DNA of 64,000 nucleotides from Schmidtea polychroa (lineage: Eukaryota): positions 62,001 through 126,000 of the forward strand of contig JBJFYX010000106.1 of NCBI GenBank assembly GCA_044892525.1, given 5' to 3'. Position 1 is the stretch's first letter. The number at the start of each line of letters is the position of its first letter. Positions 1 through 14,400 of the stretch are shown in pieces. The notes beneath the pieces are model-generated. The model did not search any database and was not told the origin of the DNA. It worked only from the letters and a program-made list of their open reading frames with translations. A program made the translations under genes and the position numbers.

Positions 1-3000
1 CAAATTTTGTTTTTATTCTGTTCATTATTAGCAGAGGTCTTTTGGGAATATTTCAAGGTTAAAAATTTGATTGAAAGCTATTATTAAATCTAGGTTTGTA
101 TAGGATTTCATTTTCCGAGTTTGGGTAGTTTGATGGCAATCAGAGTAGTGCCGACAGAGAGACAATTTACTTATTGTGTCATGGCATCTGGATCACATTT
201 TGGGTAATTGAATCAATTTGAATCTTTTAATTAAATAATAAATTTATAATAAAATTTAAATAGAAGTTTATTGATATAATTCTTTTCATATGTGATTTTA
301 TAAATTATTTTCATCTATTTAATGAGTTTTCCCTTTGTTTTCCTTCTTCCGTGCACCAGTTTAATAAGGAGTATACATTTAATTAACCATAGAAATCGGA
401 TAAAGAATAAGAAAGGTACTAGTAAAGCTGAAATTTCGACAATTGTTATAAAAGGTTACGTTAGATTTTGACTTTTCTCAGCGTGGATATGTGTAACAAC
501 AGTGAGAGCAACAAAATTGCAGGAGCTGGTGCCCATGTATAATCCTGTCATAGGAGACAACAATTTTATAAATGGACCGTAAAATTGCATTAGACATTTC
601 ATTAATGCATTTCATGGATATAATAAATTTTCTAATATTGATCTATTAGAGACTTTTGAGGCAATTATTAAGAGGGGGTGGATAAAGAAAAATGTACCAA
701 ATAATAATTTAATTTTGAAATATATTGCAGGGTTCTCCTGGCTGTTTTAAACAGTTGCATTTATTTCACTATGTATTTCACCAGTTATCACACATATATT
801 TCACATCGCTAAGTACTGGCTAATAAAATGCCAAGCAAAGCTCTAACTAGGCAATTTGCCACCCCAGAGCCAGTAACTGTCACTGTCCTTCAATATATTA
901 GATGACCTCTTGATATATTTACAATGAAATCCCTCTGTAATAATTCTTTACTGGCTAAAATATTTCTAACTACAAGGTGATGGACAAAATATATCGAAAT
1001 TGCTAAAAAATATTTTAAAATTTGGATTAGTAAACTTATGTGATCCTCCAAACGGTATTTCTCCCTATTACCATTGTTGCACATATAGAAAGTAATTTAG
1101 ATTAATATTCAACTTATAATTTGTCAGTTAAATATATATTAAATAAATCAAATTATTATGCTAAGAATGAATATATACATGTCACTACACAAATTGTTAG
1201 TCTAACAATCTTTAACTCATTCATCTTTTATCCATTATTTACTGATTCATTTATCTTATTTATTTCAAACTATAGATCAATACGTTTTCTATCTAAAACA
1301 TAGGTCCTCAACCTTATTTTGCCCACCGCCCACTATGAGGATATTTTTTCTTCTAGAGCCGCCAATTTTTTTACTTATCTGTTTTGAATCTAAAACAGCT
1401 ATTGGCACGATTATATTTAAACGTGTAATTATACTGTAATATTATATAGTTGTTAAGATAGAATATGACTCCTATCCTATTTCTGAGTTTAAAGAAGAAT
1501 ATTTCAATGAAAAAAAATTAAAACGCATACTTAATTATAACGAGAATTATTTTTATTAACATTTAAAAGACATCAAAAGACTCGATTAGGCTCGAGCTAT
1601 AGAGTTTAAAATATAATGGTGTATAAGTACTAAGACGAATAATAAAACCAATCAACTGCAGCCATCTTTGATACAATCTCTTCAAGAGATAAACCATCTA
1701 AAGTTTTCATTCTCTTCGGTGCCATCTCTGATCAACATTTCTGCTATCAACATTAATGTGATGAATAGTGACCAGATGACGACGAATTGTTGGAGTATTT
1801 CCTCGTTGAAAAGAAATTTTTTGGTTACTATCATTATAATTGCATCTTGCGAAATTTTGGTCTTGCTTTGTGAAAGAAATCCAAGCTGATGGTTTTTTAC
1901 TCTTGGACATGGTCGCTGGGCCAGAATTTAAAAGTCAAATTTAAAATCAAATTTCCGCTGTCCTATAAATAATGCAAATATAATATATTTATTACCTATG
2001 TGTATCCGTCTGTATATGTCATTCCGCGCAACAAAAACATTTATCTATAACTCTACGTAAAAGTACTATTCGTCATGCATAAACATTCGGATAAAGAGTT
2101 AAATACAAAAATGTTCAATCAAAATAAGAATTCTGCGCCAATTGATCTGAAGAAATTAATAATATATCAATTACTTTGAAAAAATACACTCACATCCTGA
2201 TAAAAACGATAAAATTAACTCTTATTTAAATATAGACTTATAATAATGTATCGATACTCAAAGCTCGAAGCTCGTCCAGCTTTTGAATCGAGTCTCGAGC
2301 CTAAGCTCGTGTCAAATCCTAATAAGGTTGAATTTGATGCATTTTAAGTTAATATCAGGTTCGATTTTATTTAAAATCAACCGTAAGACGCCGCGTTCAA
2401 AAATATGGAGCCGATTTCTACTACAGCCCTAAATTCACGTTCAGCTAAATAGGACGATGGAAACGATATCAGAAATCGTTGAACAATCGACCATAATCCT
2501 GGGTACAATTGTGAAATCGGCTTCTTGGTATCCATTCTTAAAGGTGTTTATAAGCTAATTATAGAAGAAGTTTTAAAAATTAAAAAAATTTTTTTAGTAT
2601 TTCATTTTGAATTTTAAAGGATATTTAATTAAAAAAAATTATAAATTTTAAATTCTTCAGAAAATAGTTTATTATTATAAAATAAAAGAGGTCAAAAAGA
2701 TCAAAAAAATTTTAGAAAATAGAAGAAGTTAAATTCCAGGAAATTGACAAGGGTTATCGAAAAGTTTTTCATTTGTATTAAAATTTTTATTATTCGCAGC
2801 GAAAGGCTTAAATTATCATTTAATTGTTTAAAATTTAATATATTCTGTTACCAAGAAATCATCACTGTATACTACTTCTACTAATAATAATAATAATTAA
2901 TGAATGTATCGAGTTTTTTTGCCGATATTAAAGATAATCAAAAAACCTTGAATTTTGTCTACTATTACATATCTCTTTAAAAACTTGATAAACAAATGAA

Positions 3001-6000
3001 AAATCGGTGTATAAGTACTAAGTACTAAGTACTAGGGTTAAACTGTTTAATTTCCAAAAACATTTACTATACTCATTATACTCACTTTATAATTATTTTC
3101 ATTATATTTGATAAAATTTCTAAATATTCAGAACATTGTTATGTGGTTCATTGGGCTCATTTTTAATGGAATACTATGGTTGGCGGGTGTCATTTTATTT
3201 TATTGGTAATTTTTTTGTTCAAATAAAAATCCATGACATTTCGTAGGAGTCATAAGCTTTCTTTGGGCAGCGTTTGTTTCTAGATATCTTCTTACTAAAT
3301 TTATTTACAATAAACAAGATTCGATAATAATAAATGTTGAAGAGACGGAAAAACCATTGATAAAATTAGACAATTCAGCTGATTTGTCTCGTCTCATGCC
3401 AGATACTCCTCACGACCAATCAGGTGGGTCATTACCCTGGAAAAATTTACTAAAGAAAAGTGCATTTTGGTTAGTTGCCCTTTGTGTTATATAACAAATA
3501 CCTATCAATGCATCTCATAGGGCGATGCTCTACAGCCACTTTACTCATAGCAATTGTGTTGTGATTCTTATTAGTTGGATTCCTTCGTATTTCCATGATA
3601 ATTTCCCAGATGCAAAAGTTAGTGGTTTATTATTTATTTATATTTATGGTTTGGTTAGATACAATTGTAATTAATAAATAATTATGTTATTTGTATGTTT
3701 GAATCATCGTTACATATAATTATTATTTTAAATTTTAAANNNNNNNNNNNNNNNNNNNNNNNNNNNNNNNNNNNNNNNNNNNNNNNNNNNNNNNNNNNNN
3801 NNNNNNNNNNNNNNNNNNNNNNNNNNNNNNNNNNNNNNNNNNNNNNNNNNNNNNNNNNNNNNNNNNNNNNNNNNCAACAATGGACATTAATTAAGGGCCT
3901 AAATGACAAAAATTAAAATCCTCAATATAATAAAAAGCAATAATAAATGTGTTTGTGAGGCATTTAAAAAATTTCAGTAAAAAAAATCACAACAATGTTC
4001 CCCAAACTGTGCCGTGAAGATTTTTCAAAATATTTAAAATTGTNNNNNNNNNNNNNNNNNNNNNNNNNNNNNNNNNNNNNNNNNNNNNNNNNNNNNNNNN
4101 NNNNNNNNNNNNNNNNNNNNNNNNNNNNNNNNNNNNNNNNNNNNNNNNNNNNNNNNNNNNNNNNNNNNNNNNNNNNNNNNNNNNNNNNNNNNNNNNNNNN
4201 NNNNAATTGCCAAGGACAATTAAAGAAATATAAAAAATTTAACGATTGGAAATAAAATTAAAAGAATAACGAAGATCAGAATATTTCAAGTAATCAATCG
4301 TTAAGCCCCAAAATGAGAAGTCGTACTCTGTAAAGATTTGCAGGTTTCTATCATTTTATTTTGTAAATAAATGTTTTGAGAAATTAATAGTTAAGTTGTT
4401 TATTTTTTTATTAATTTTTATCCTTACTGCCAAACCAAATAACCGGTTATGTTATTACAAGTTATATTTTTATAAGTATATTTTTATAATATTTTACACA
4501 CATACATACACTCATCTAATACATATTCACTTCAGCTGTCCCGCTACAGTTTTTAAAGGATACTCTGGTTGTTCCACCATATTGATAAGTATTACACAAA
4601 TATAACATAATAACATACTGAATATAACATACATAACCTTAACATCATACAAACTTTGCACTAAATGGGATAAATTACGGTACATTGACCCATAATGGTT
4701 TAGGGTTAGGGTTTCGGTAAAAATTAAATAAATTAATTGACTGGCATAAATTATTATTCGAAAAAACCTCCAAAATCTGACTTTTTAAGCAAACCAAAAA
4801 ATTCCAAAAAAGCCATGTTCGATAGAATTCCAGAAATAGAAAATTTAAAATTGCAAAAACCAACAAACAATCACAAACATCCAACTACTTGGTGTCTGCA
4901 AAACAATCGTGAGCACACAGGCGCAAATAGTTGGAATTAGCCTGCTTTACCCTTATATTTTTCTTGATTTACAAATTTGTAAAATGATTTTATAATTTAC
5001 ATAACTCCCCTTTGCTCCTCTGCTACTCAAGAAAAGTTGGAATGTGATAGAATACTTGAAGATTATCAAATTGCATATTTTTATGATTAAAATGGCCCTA
5101 ATAAATGACGATATCCCTATTTCTTGTACATCTATATATTTTTTATAGGATTTTGTGCATCTAGTTATTTATTTTCTGGTTTCCTATAGTAAATGTCCTA
5201 AAGTTTTGTATTATATATATGTCGTAGGCAAATGGTAATTTTAGGAAAATAACATTTGGCTAGGCAAATGCCATTTGCCTGGTCAAATAGCTTTAGCTAT
5301 TATTTCATAATACCCTTGCGAGTTGTTGAGTGCGACCAGTACCCTTACGACTAATACCCATAGGGGGACAGAATATTTTGTCGGATAGACTAGGAGTATA
5401 TATATTATTACTAATAATAATAATAATAATAATAATAAAACTTAGTAAATAATAATATTTTTTAAAAATAATAATATGACCTTGAAAATGTTATTTTCCT
5501 AAAATTACCATGAAATGAAATAATAGCTAAAGCTATTTGACCAGGCAAATGGCATTTGCCTAGCCAAATGTTATTTTCCTAAAATTACCATTTGCCTACG
5601 ACATATATATTGGTTATGAAAATTGACATTAAACAGGATCCTACAATATAGAAGCATAGAGAAATTAGCCGTGATAGTGAAATTATAATCTTGTCGCACT
5701 GTAAATATTTGTTTATAAAAATTAAGCGATTAACTTTATATTTTACTCGGTTATAGTTAATTGAGGTTAGTGCAAATGTGTCGAGTTTATTGATATATTC
5801 AACTATTTGCTTGCTGAATCAATAATATAGTGAATGAATACAATTGGTGATTTAATTGTTGAAATGAAATGAAATTAACATTAAACTTAATGTCTAATGA
5901 AGCAGATTGTAAATCAAATACGATCCTTTTTATTAAATAAAACATACCTGAATATAATAATTTAATAATTGAATATCAATTACCAATTCTTTCCTCTTAG

Positions 6001-6931
6001 CAGAAATTTTTGAAAAAATATTCGTATAGATCGAAATGCAAAAATGACCAATAAAACCAACGAATTTTTATCCTCAATTCCCCCAAAAACGGAAACTTAC
6101 TGGGAGTAATAGCTTCTGAAATCTTTTCAAGTTTCATTTTTCCCCAATCTTTTAATAATTAGGTACAAATAACTGCAACACCAATAAATAAAAGCCATCG
6201 AAATATAAAAATATTTTATTCCGTGATTAAAAAACGAAATTACCTCCGGCACTGGTATAAGCAATAATTCCGTGTTTTTCTTAATTACTTTTTTGTTTTC
6301 ATGTCTTAATGCATAATATTAATTGTTTTCTAGAGTTGGGTTTTCAATGTCGTTCCATATCTTATAAATATTCCCAGTACATTGATTAGTGGATTAATTG
6401 CTGATCAACTTATCAAAGAAGGTAGAACAAAAATTAAAAATAAATTTTTTATTTCAATTTTTTAGGATATTCTGTGACTTTTGTACGAAAATTAATGACA
6501 GTGTGTAGAAATCAATATTATTTCCATTGAAAATAATCTTTGTTTAGGCAATTGTTCTGTTAGGGGGAGGAATTTGTCTTCTGGTTATATCACAAGTTTC
6601 CGAGTACTATACTGCACTTTTCTGGATGGCGTTAGCTATTTGCACATGTGGATTTCATTGTAGTGGAATTCTTTTAAATCCTCAGGATTTGGGTCCTAAA
6701 TATGGCGGATCAATATATGGTAGAGAAATCGATATTTTGTAAGGTTTTATAACTTTCACAGGGATTATGTCAATGGTGGGAGCGATTCCGGGTTTCGCTG
6801 GGGTTTATTTAGTCGGATACATTCTTGATGTTACTAAAAGTTGGCAACTTGTTTTTCAATTGACTGGTGGATTCTGTATCAGTGGATGGATTGTGTATCA
6901 AATATGGGGTACTGGAAATCAGGTTGTATGA
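1..6931 (+). CDS. SLC17A9: SLC17A9/VNUT-like MFS transporter, 3' part (5' end outside window). Exons approx <1-57, 104-203, 3132-3205, 3247-3469, 3521-3617, 6334-6421, 6466-6500, 6548-6719, 6762-6931
   Basis: Hand-spliced at GT-AG sites with consistent phases: RGLLGIFQGFHFPSLGSL...ERQFTYCVMASGSHFGTLLCGSLGSFLMEYYGWRVSFYFIG...LPWKNLLKKSAFW...SWIPSYFHDNFPDAKSWVFNVVPYL...LLNPQDLGPKYGGSIYGIMSMVGAIPGFAGVYLVGYILDVTKSW; TGA at 6929-6931. These match SLC17A9 motifs (ERAFTY, FPDAKGWIFN, QDLAP). Confidence 0.9.
1660..1910 (-). pseudogene. Decayed BED zinc-finger N-terminus of a hAT-type transposase (intronic relic)
   Basis: MSKSKKPSAWISFTKQDQNFARCNY...KISFQRGNTPTIRRHLVTIH follows the BED pattern (S-x-W-x-x-F ... 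A-x-C ... G-x-T ... RHL ... H); second Cys missing, stops follow. Confidence 0.45.
3740..3874. other. Assembly gap (N run)
   Basis: Run of n bases. Confidence 1.
4044..4204. other. Assembly gap (N run)
   Basis: Run of n bases. Confidence 1.
5220..5603. mobile_element. MITE with about 89-bp TIRs (TGTCGTAGG...CCTACGACA) and TATA flanks; Ginger2-like termini
   Basis: 5220-5308 is the reverse complement of 5515-5603; TATA on both sides. Confidence 0.85.
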
Positions 6932-7593
6932 TGGAGGAAATAAAATGCATTTTCCCGAAATTTTATTATTTATCCCGTATTTAAATTTCCTGATATTGTT
7001 GTTACCTTAATATTATTTTTATTATTATCGATTTTCCAGTAAAATATTTTATTGATATTTATCATGGATGTGATAATTATTTGATCATCTAAGGCGGATT
7101 TTAATTGGTGGACAGAATGATTTACCGGTGAATTCAAATGTTGTTCTAGTTCGTATTTGTTTCGTTCCGGTTTATGGTTATTTTACGTTTTTGGTACATC
7201 TATTAGGGAATTTTTCTAAAAAGGATATTTTATATCTTTTATATTCATGATCAATGACATGAGATGTTGCGATTTGAGATTGCAAATTTACCGACTTTAG
7301 CAATTACCGGTTTATCGGTAATTTTTATCAGGTAATTCAACAAGTTCTTGATGTTCATCTTCAATTTCGTCGAAATTATTTTTACTATACATAACTTTGA
7401 TTATAGCCAACTGTATTTCACGTGCAAGACATAATTGATGACTTGCAATAATTAATTTTACTGCTTTCTTCATTAACGAACTCCATCTGTAGTAATTGAT
7501 ACAATATTTGCTGAAGAAATACCAAACTCTTTCAGTTTATTTTCAGTGAGAATTACACATTACTGAGGAAGCATAAATTCATGAATACAACAT

Positions 7594-7945
7594 AAGGAAT
7601 CATTGCATAATTACGTCGCGCCAAAATGACTATTTTTGACTTACCCACCCTGTCACTTTTGGTCACATTTCTGTTGAACCACCCAATATAGTGACGTCAT
7701 TTTATTGTTCACAAAATGAGGGTAGTCTAGTGGTACCATACGGTCCTCTAGACTGCCTGGGAGCTTGCTGTAGCAGCAATAGTTGTTAGTTATCGTTTTC
7801 TAGTCAAACTATCAGAATCACTGTAGCATAGTAGTAGAGGAAGATTGTTGCAATAATAATTTTTGTGGTCCATAAAATACAACTAGCGTGACGTCACATT
7901 CAACTCAACTCATCCACCCACGTCAACGGTTCGTCACGTTTTCAA
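7594..7945. mobile_element. Non-autonomous TIR element; inverted copy at 42715-43060
   Basis: About 300 bp match the reverse complement of 42740-43050 (e.g. gtggtccataaaatacaactagcgtgacgtcacattca vs tgaatgtgacgtcacgctagttgtattttatggaccac). Confidence 0.8.
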
Positions 7946-8032
7946 GAAAATCGAGCGTGGTCTAATTATCGAATGACATCTAATCCAAGGTTCCAAAATT
8001 TGTTGTCATTTTTGTGGACATTAATATTCATA

Positions 8033-10410
8033 TGTTACGGTAAATGTACAATCTTGGGAAATGTACACTTTTACCGTAAAATGTGTACATTTCCCGGCAA
8101 ATGTGTACACCTGCCTTTACGTTTTGGTAAATGTATACTCTTACCTTCGTATTTTAAGGAAAGGTGGAATACAAGTAAATTAAAAATGTTGTTGCAGTAA
8201 AAAAATTTTATTTAAATAAACATAATACAAAAAGCTTTAGTAACGAAAATTATTTTTATTCAAAAATGTGAATGACAAACAAAACATACTTATTACATAT
8301 AATATGTCGTAGCTTATGATCTCAATATTCATAAATACTATTTTCGTCCTAGTTTTTAGGACCAATACGATGGGAATCAAACAAATAATTATAATAATAA
8401 CATACTTTTTTTTATTATAACAGTTAAATTTTATAAAATTATAAAGGAACATATAGAAATTTCATAATGAAGAAAGTGCTATTTATTTGAGCAAGAATTG
8501 CTATTGTGGCACTTGGAATTACATAATATTCCAGCATTTTTACAACTGCATTTTTTTGAGGAACATGTTCATTTACAGATGCATCTTTTAAAAACTTGGC
8601 CACCACTAAGGGACTGCATTCCTATAATTTCTCTTACCGATTTCTCAACATCTTGAGGAACATCTTTGTATGATATAAACTTTTGTTCACAAATGGCGAA
8701 TTCATGCCTAGAATAAGATTGTTTTAGTTCCTAATTTATATAAATTTTTATCGTCATCTCTAGACAAAACAACGCAAATCAAATTTTTTGGATCCGTTTT
8801 ACCACGATCAATGTCTGGAATGGAAACTCTAACATTGTCACCAATTACAGCAGCAGGAAATTTTTCTTTCGAAAGATTACACATTTTGATAGCTTGATTT
8901 TCTAAATTTTCCCTTGCTTTCTTTGGAGCATTATCAATTAAAATTTTCTTTTCGTTTAAAACAGAATTTAACTCTAAACTTCCATTTTTATCTTCAATTG
9001 GGTTGCATAATAAATCATCAGCCAAAATTATGTCTAACGTTTCAATGGAAAATTCATCGTTTTCTGCAACATTGCTATGTGGTGAATTGGCTATGTGTAC
9101 TCCTTCTAGTAATTGCTCTAACTGTTCTTCTGTTTCCAGCTGTTCAACAGATTCCATAGGTAAATTTGATGTTTTCAAACCCAATTTTATTCTTGTTCCG
9201 AATAAAGCTTCGTAGGGAGTTTGCTTTATACCCTCATGAAAAGCTCTGTTTTTCATCAGTTGAACATATTTTAAACCTTCAGACCACTTGGTTGTTTGGT
9301 TAGTGATAAGCCAGGTTGTAAGCATATTTTGAACATCTTGATTCGCTCGCTCTATCGAGCCCTGGCTTTGGGAATGACGGGGCTTACCGTGTATTATTTT
9401 CACACCATCCCACATATTTGCTAATTCTTGGATAATTTTATTTGCAAACTCCCTACCATTATCACATTGGAGAATCGATGGGGCTCCCAAAAGAGTGAAA
9501 ATGTCCATAAGTTGTTTTGCTACTTCTGAAGCAGTTTTTGTTTTTAGTGGGCGCAGTACAACAAATTTAGTTAAATGATCTTGATAATTTAAAATAAATT
9601 TAAATTCATTATCTGGTTGTGTCTGTAAATCTATAAGATCCACTTGACACCTAGAATTCATTTCACTCGTCAAAATTGGTTTTATCACAATTCTTTTTTT
9701 CTTGCCCTTTGCCTTTTTTTGACATGCTTCACATAAAGATAAATGCAACATAACTGCTTCAGTAGTAATATTGTTGTATTTGTTATTAATTTCTTTCACT
9801 AATCTATTTCGGCCACCATGGCCAGTTGCCAAATGAGCATCGTGTATAATTTCATAAGATTCTTCAATAGTGGCAAAATATTTTATGCTACCCTCTTCTT
9901 TTAATGGACTTATTAATTTTTCTTCCTTCCCTACCACTATTATATCGTATCTTTTCAGCCGGCGGTAATCTAAATCACTTTTATTCTTTTTTTTAATTTT
10001 GCTGCCTTTACTTCCAATAGTATTTTTTCATACTGATGTTGGTTTAAATAAATATTATTTTTGTTTTTTTGTGATACAATCTGTTCCAGTTGGTTATTAA
10101 ATTTTTCTTTTTGTTCCATTGTTTTTCTAAAATTCTAACCAAAAAAATATTTTTATTATAAAAAAAATTAAATTTTAAATATTAATAATAAATTAATAAT
10201 AAATTAATAAATTAATAATAAATTAATAAATTTCGTATTTTGTATGCTCACATTTACCAAAACGACATGGTCATTGTGAATTCAATGTAAATTTCCCTTA
10301 TTTGAAATTGTAAATGTTAGTTGAATGCACATTACCCAAATGAGGAGGCTAATGTGCACGTTTACCGGAAAATGTGTACATTTGCCACAATATCTACTTT
10401 TAGCGTAACA
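8033..10410 (-). mobile_element. Ginger2/TDD-type DNA transposon (SCAND3/KRBA2-like integrase)
   Basis: Imperfect TIRs TGTTACGGTAAATGTA / reverse complement TGTTACGCTAAAAGTA; cata and tata flanks; internal DDE integrase ORF. Confidence 0.8.
8479..10119 (-). pseudogene. SCAND3/KRBA2-like rve integrase, disrupted (frameshifts near 9990 and 8720, stop in the Cys-rich tail)
   Basis: HDAHLATGHGGR...CEAC zinc finger; CQVDLID, LQCDNGREF, SQGSIERAN (D,D,E); C-terminal CSSKKCSCKNAGILCNSKCHNSNSCSNK in a shifted frame; upstream ATG at 10119 (MEQKEKFNNQL). Confidence 0.88.
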
Positions 10411-11014
10411 TATATATATATATATATATCAGTATTAACTTCATAAAATCTAATTCATGAGTATTTCATAAAGACCCCCTCCCCAAGTTGTATAATAGCC
10501 AAACTAAGGGTATTACCAATAATAGACATTATATGTATGTATGTTAAATTTTAAAAATTTAAATTTACTTTTTTTTTCAAGCTGCTGAGTTTTGTGTGTT
10601 TTAAAAATACCTGAAGTTATGGTGTAACCCAAAAGAGGGGCACGCATTAAATACATTTTATAGAAATATGGGTAAAAATAAAACTTTATTCGAAAAAGAT
10701 TATTCAAAAATCTATCTTCCAAAATGCAACAGCATCCGTCTCACTAGGGTCAAAATAAATAAACGATAATTACATCAGGAACGAATTTGACTCCTCTCGA
10801 TTTTAGATCATTAAATAAAATTACGTCAATTCAAGTGTATTATTCTGCATACATTAACCCGTTTTTAAAAAGGGGACGTTTATAAAACCCCTGCATTTGA
10901 AAATTCCTGGTAAATGTAAAAAAAACTGAAATTTTGTAATTTTTGCAAAATTATAATTGAAACAAAATAATATATTATTAATAAAATTTAATATTTAATA
11001 AATTTTCATATTAT

Positions 11015-11298
11015 TTAGTCCATAAAGTACGTTACGCTCGAGGGGACGGGGTGTAAGAAAATATGACGGTTTGTAACAGGAAGAGGAGGGGTTTCGGACC
11101 ACGTGTAACGCCACAAATTAATTTTTATTAGCAGAATTTAATAACTATAAAAATAATTTTCACAAATTTTGTTAAACATATAAATTACTTTTGTCAAAAT
11201 AGCATGTTATTTAAAAAAAATTTCTTCGAAATTTGTGACTTGGGGAGGGGTTTAAAATGGTCAAAAATAGCGTGACGTACTTCATTAACGGCCTCTTA
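11015..11298. mobile_element. Short TIR element (ccataaagtacgttacgc ... gcgtgacgtacttcattaacggcc), same terminus style as 42715-43060
   Basis: Imperfect inverted termini with ACGT cores. Confidence 0.45.
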
Positions 11299-11409
11299 TT
11301 TTTATATTATCAATCAAATAGAGAATATTAGTTTTGAATTAATCAAGTCAGAATGGAAAAGTTGAAACTAATACAATAAATACAATTTACTATGAATATA
11401 AAAACATTA

Positions 11410-14400
11410 TTATTTATCATTTTTCTTCACTTTTTCGTAAAATAATAAATACGCTTGACATTTCAAAAGATTTTTAAATTCTACAGGTTTTACATGAGAA
11501 TCATTAGTGAGAAACCATTTGTTTTTCATAGATTTATAGCATACGTAATGACCCCACCTAACTGATCCCCGATGAACAATAAATGAAGTTAACCGATATT
11601 CATCACCATAGATTTCGTAGTCATTTTGAATGGATCTAACAGATGCCTCTATAATTGTTTCAACATAGTTTTTGACAAATACATCTAAATTTTCTGTTTC
11701 ACCAAACTTACAATTGTTGGATTTAATAATTAATTTTTCATTAAAATTTACAATGTCATTTATTTTTTTCATACTCTCGCCATTCCAGAATGTTCTCTGT
11801 AAGTGTAAACATATCGTATTTGGTAAAGGTTTGACCAATTTAGTCACTCTTAAAGCTTTTTTTTGTATACACTTGTTTGAATAACAATCATAATTCATAA
11901 TTTCATTGTCATTGAAAAATTGGTCAACCAGATATTGCAATTCAACGGGCTGTTCTAATTTGAATAGAAAATTAAGAAATTATTGACAAAAATCACTTTT
12001 CTCCAAAATAATAGGAATATGAAGCGCGAGCTCAGAATGCAATGGAACATCTACGAAACTTCCACATTCACATCGTATTGTATATGATATAATAATTCGC
12101 ATAGGTAATGGCTGATTCAGCCATTCAAGCATATTTTTCCTCTGAAAGTAAATAAAATGAAAAATGTATTCATAATGAAAACAAATTTAAAAAATATTAA
12201 GTCCAAAGTAGTGTCTTGACCAAAGACAATCCCATTTATGAGATAACTAGCAACCTAGTCACTAGAACCCTATAAAACGAATATATATTCAGTTATGGAG
12301 TTCAAGAAATCATAATCATGGACAAGAGTAAACGGTTCATCTAATTTGAAGTAACTCATATAGAAACACAGTGTTAAACATATAGACACCGGTACGTGAC
12401 ATTTTGGCGCCATTTAAAAATAACTTCATGCTTAATTTAACATTTATAAATAATTTTTTGAAAAAAAATTATAAATATTTATCTATCAGCATTATTACTG
12501 CATAATAGCCGTAACACAACAACCGGAAATAAAAAAAATGAAAAGACAATATAAGCAAAATAAATTAAGAAAAAAAGCGAAAGTGTTCATAATATTATGT
12601 TCAAAACAAAAACTGTATGAACATACTTTACAATAAATGCAAAATAAATATTTTGCAAAACGTTTAAAGAATCCTGTCATCCAATATTTTACTTTTAGAA
12701 AATACAAAATAGTCAACTTATAAAAATTTAGCAAAACATGTAGAATATTTAACCTTTTGCCTAATATATAAGTTTTCCGAAAGTCCGTGTTTATTAGGCC
12801 TAATCCATCAAGAAATTATGCGCAAGTCCTCTGTGTTACGGCTATTATGCAGTAATAAAGTTGATAGATAAATATTTATAATTTTTTTTCAAAAAATTAT
12901 TTATAAATGTTAAATTAAACATGGAGTTATTTTTAAATGGCGCCAAAACGTCCTGCTTCGTATAGACACAATTCCTATATAATAAAATAATCAAAAGATT
13001 GTTCTGAACTCACAAGGAAACGAAATTATTTTGAAACGAAAAAGATAAATTCCTCACTGGAGTAGCTCCAGATTGCTCACCATCAAGACGAATAACAGGC
13101 TAAATATTAAATAAATATTATTAGAAGACTTTGGAGACATATAATTTATTAATATCAAAAACTGATTATCCCTTCAGATGAAGTAATTATATTGTAGGTA
13201 TCTTGAACAAGATACACACATGCATCAATAATACAATATTAAACCTTTGACATTCAGACATACATTACATAATAATCAGATATACAAATTCAACATACAA
13301 TAATATTATTTCAAACAGATATTATTTACAGTTATCCTACAAATATAAATATTAATTCTATTATTATCAACGTATTTGAAGCTGTTGGGGTCATCCAGAT
13401 GAATATTTAAATGCACAGAAATTGGCTCATGGGATAAAGAGAATGATCCAATACTTATCATTGGCTTATCAAACCCGGAGATTAAAAGCCTGGCAAATAA
13501 ATGTTACACTGCGGCCATCAATAGCAGCTATCAGATTTACAGGCAGTATATATACAACGAATAGGAATATATCACTTATATACTTCAAAGCATCTCATAT
13601 ATATCTATTTGTTCTCTATGGTTATTATATTTGCATATGTACTGCCTATAACCTTTATTATAAATCTTATAACTTATTAAATACTAATATACTTATATGT
13701 GTTCATGCTTATATAAGTATATACGTTTTTCCCCTCTCTTTGGGTAAATGTAGGAATCCTTGTAGGGATTCCGCCTCAAGATAAGTGAATTTTGTCTTAA
13801 TATCATTATTATATTAACTCATAACCTCAACAACTTTTTTTATCTCTATTATATTATGTATACCAATATTCTCGCTACACACATCGCTTGTGAGTCTTTC
13901 TACTCAATGTCAAAGCCTTAAGCCTTCCGGAAAAATATGCAAATACCTTGTAAACTGCAACCGAAAAAGAACCTACGAACTTATCAGACAGAAGCTATCG
14001 TGAATGCTTCTCCTAATCAACATTACAACTGGATACCAACAAAATTAATATGACTGTGGGACTCCAAAGACTTCCAAACCGAAAATAGAATAAATCCTAA
14101 AGGCCATGGCTTGCCATGATTATAATATGGACTGCCTGATGGATAACAAGTCTGAAAATTTCTGAAAACTTGAGCCTTGAATTCTCGATTCAGGCAAATC
14201 GATATTATGATCGAAGACAAATTTGAGTTTTAAAGCGAAAATTTATTAAAAAAAGAAAGTGTTATTGCGCAATGTAATGTATAGTTATTTTTTTTTATTT
14301 AAGCGTTCACAATTAGGAATTGTGAATATTATAATATAAATCGCCAGTAGTGAGAAGTGAGGAGTATAAACCAAGCCAAATATACAGTATTACGTAATAT

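Noticed and set aside
3682-4255. ORFs spanning the N runs
   Set aside because: Artifacts of assembly gaps. SLC17A9 exons splice in phase across this region without needing a hidden exon.
4700-4712. tttagggttaggg, telomere-like
   Set aside because: Only two units; expected by chance.
13381-13560. Possible non-LTR retrotransposon C-terminal fragment (LANKCYTAAINSSYQIY)
   Set aside because: Too short and decayed to assign.
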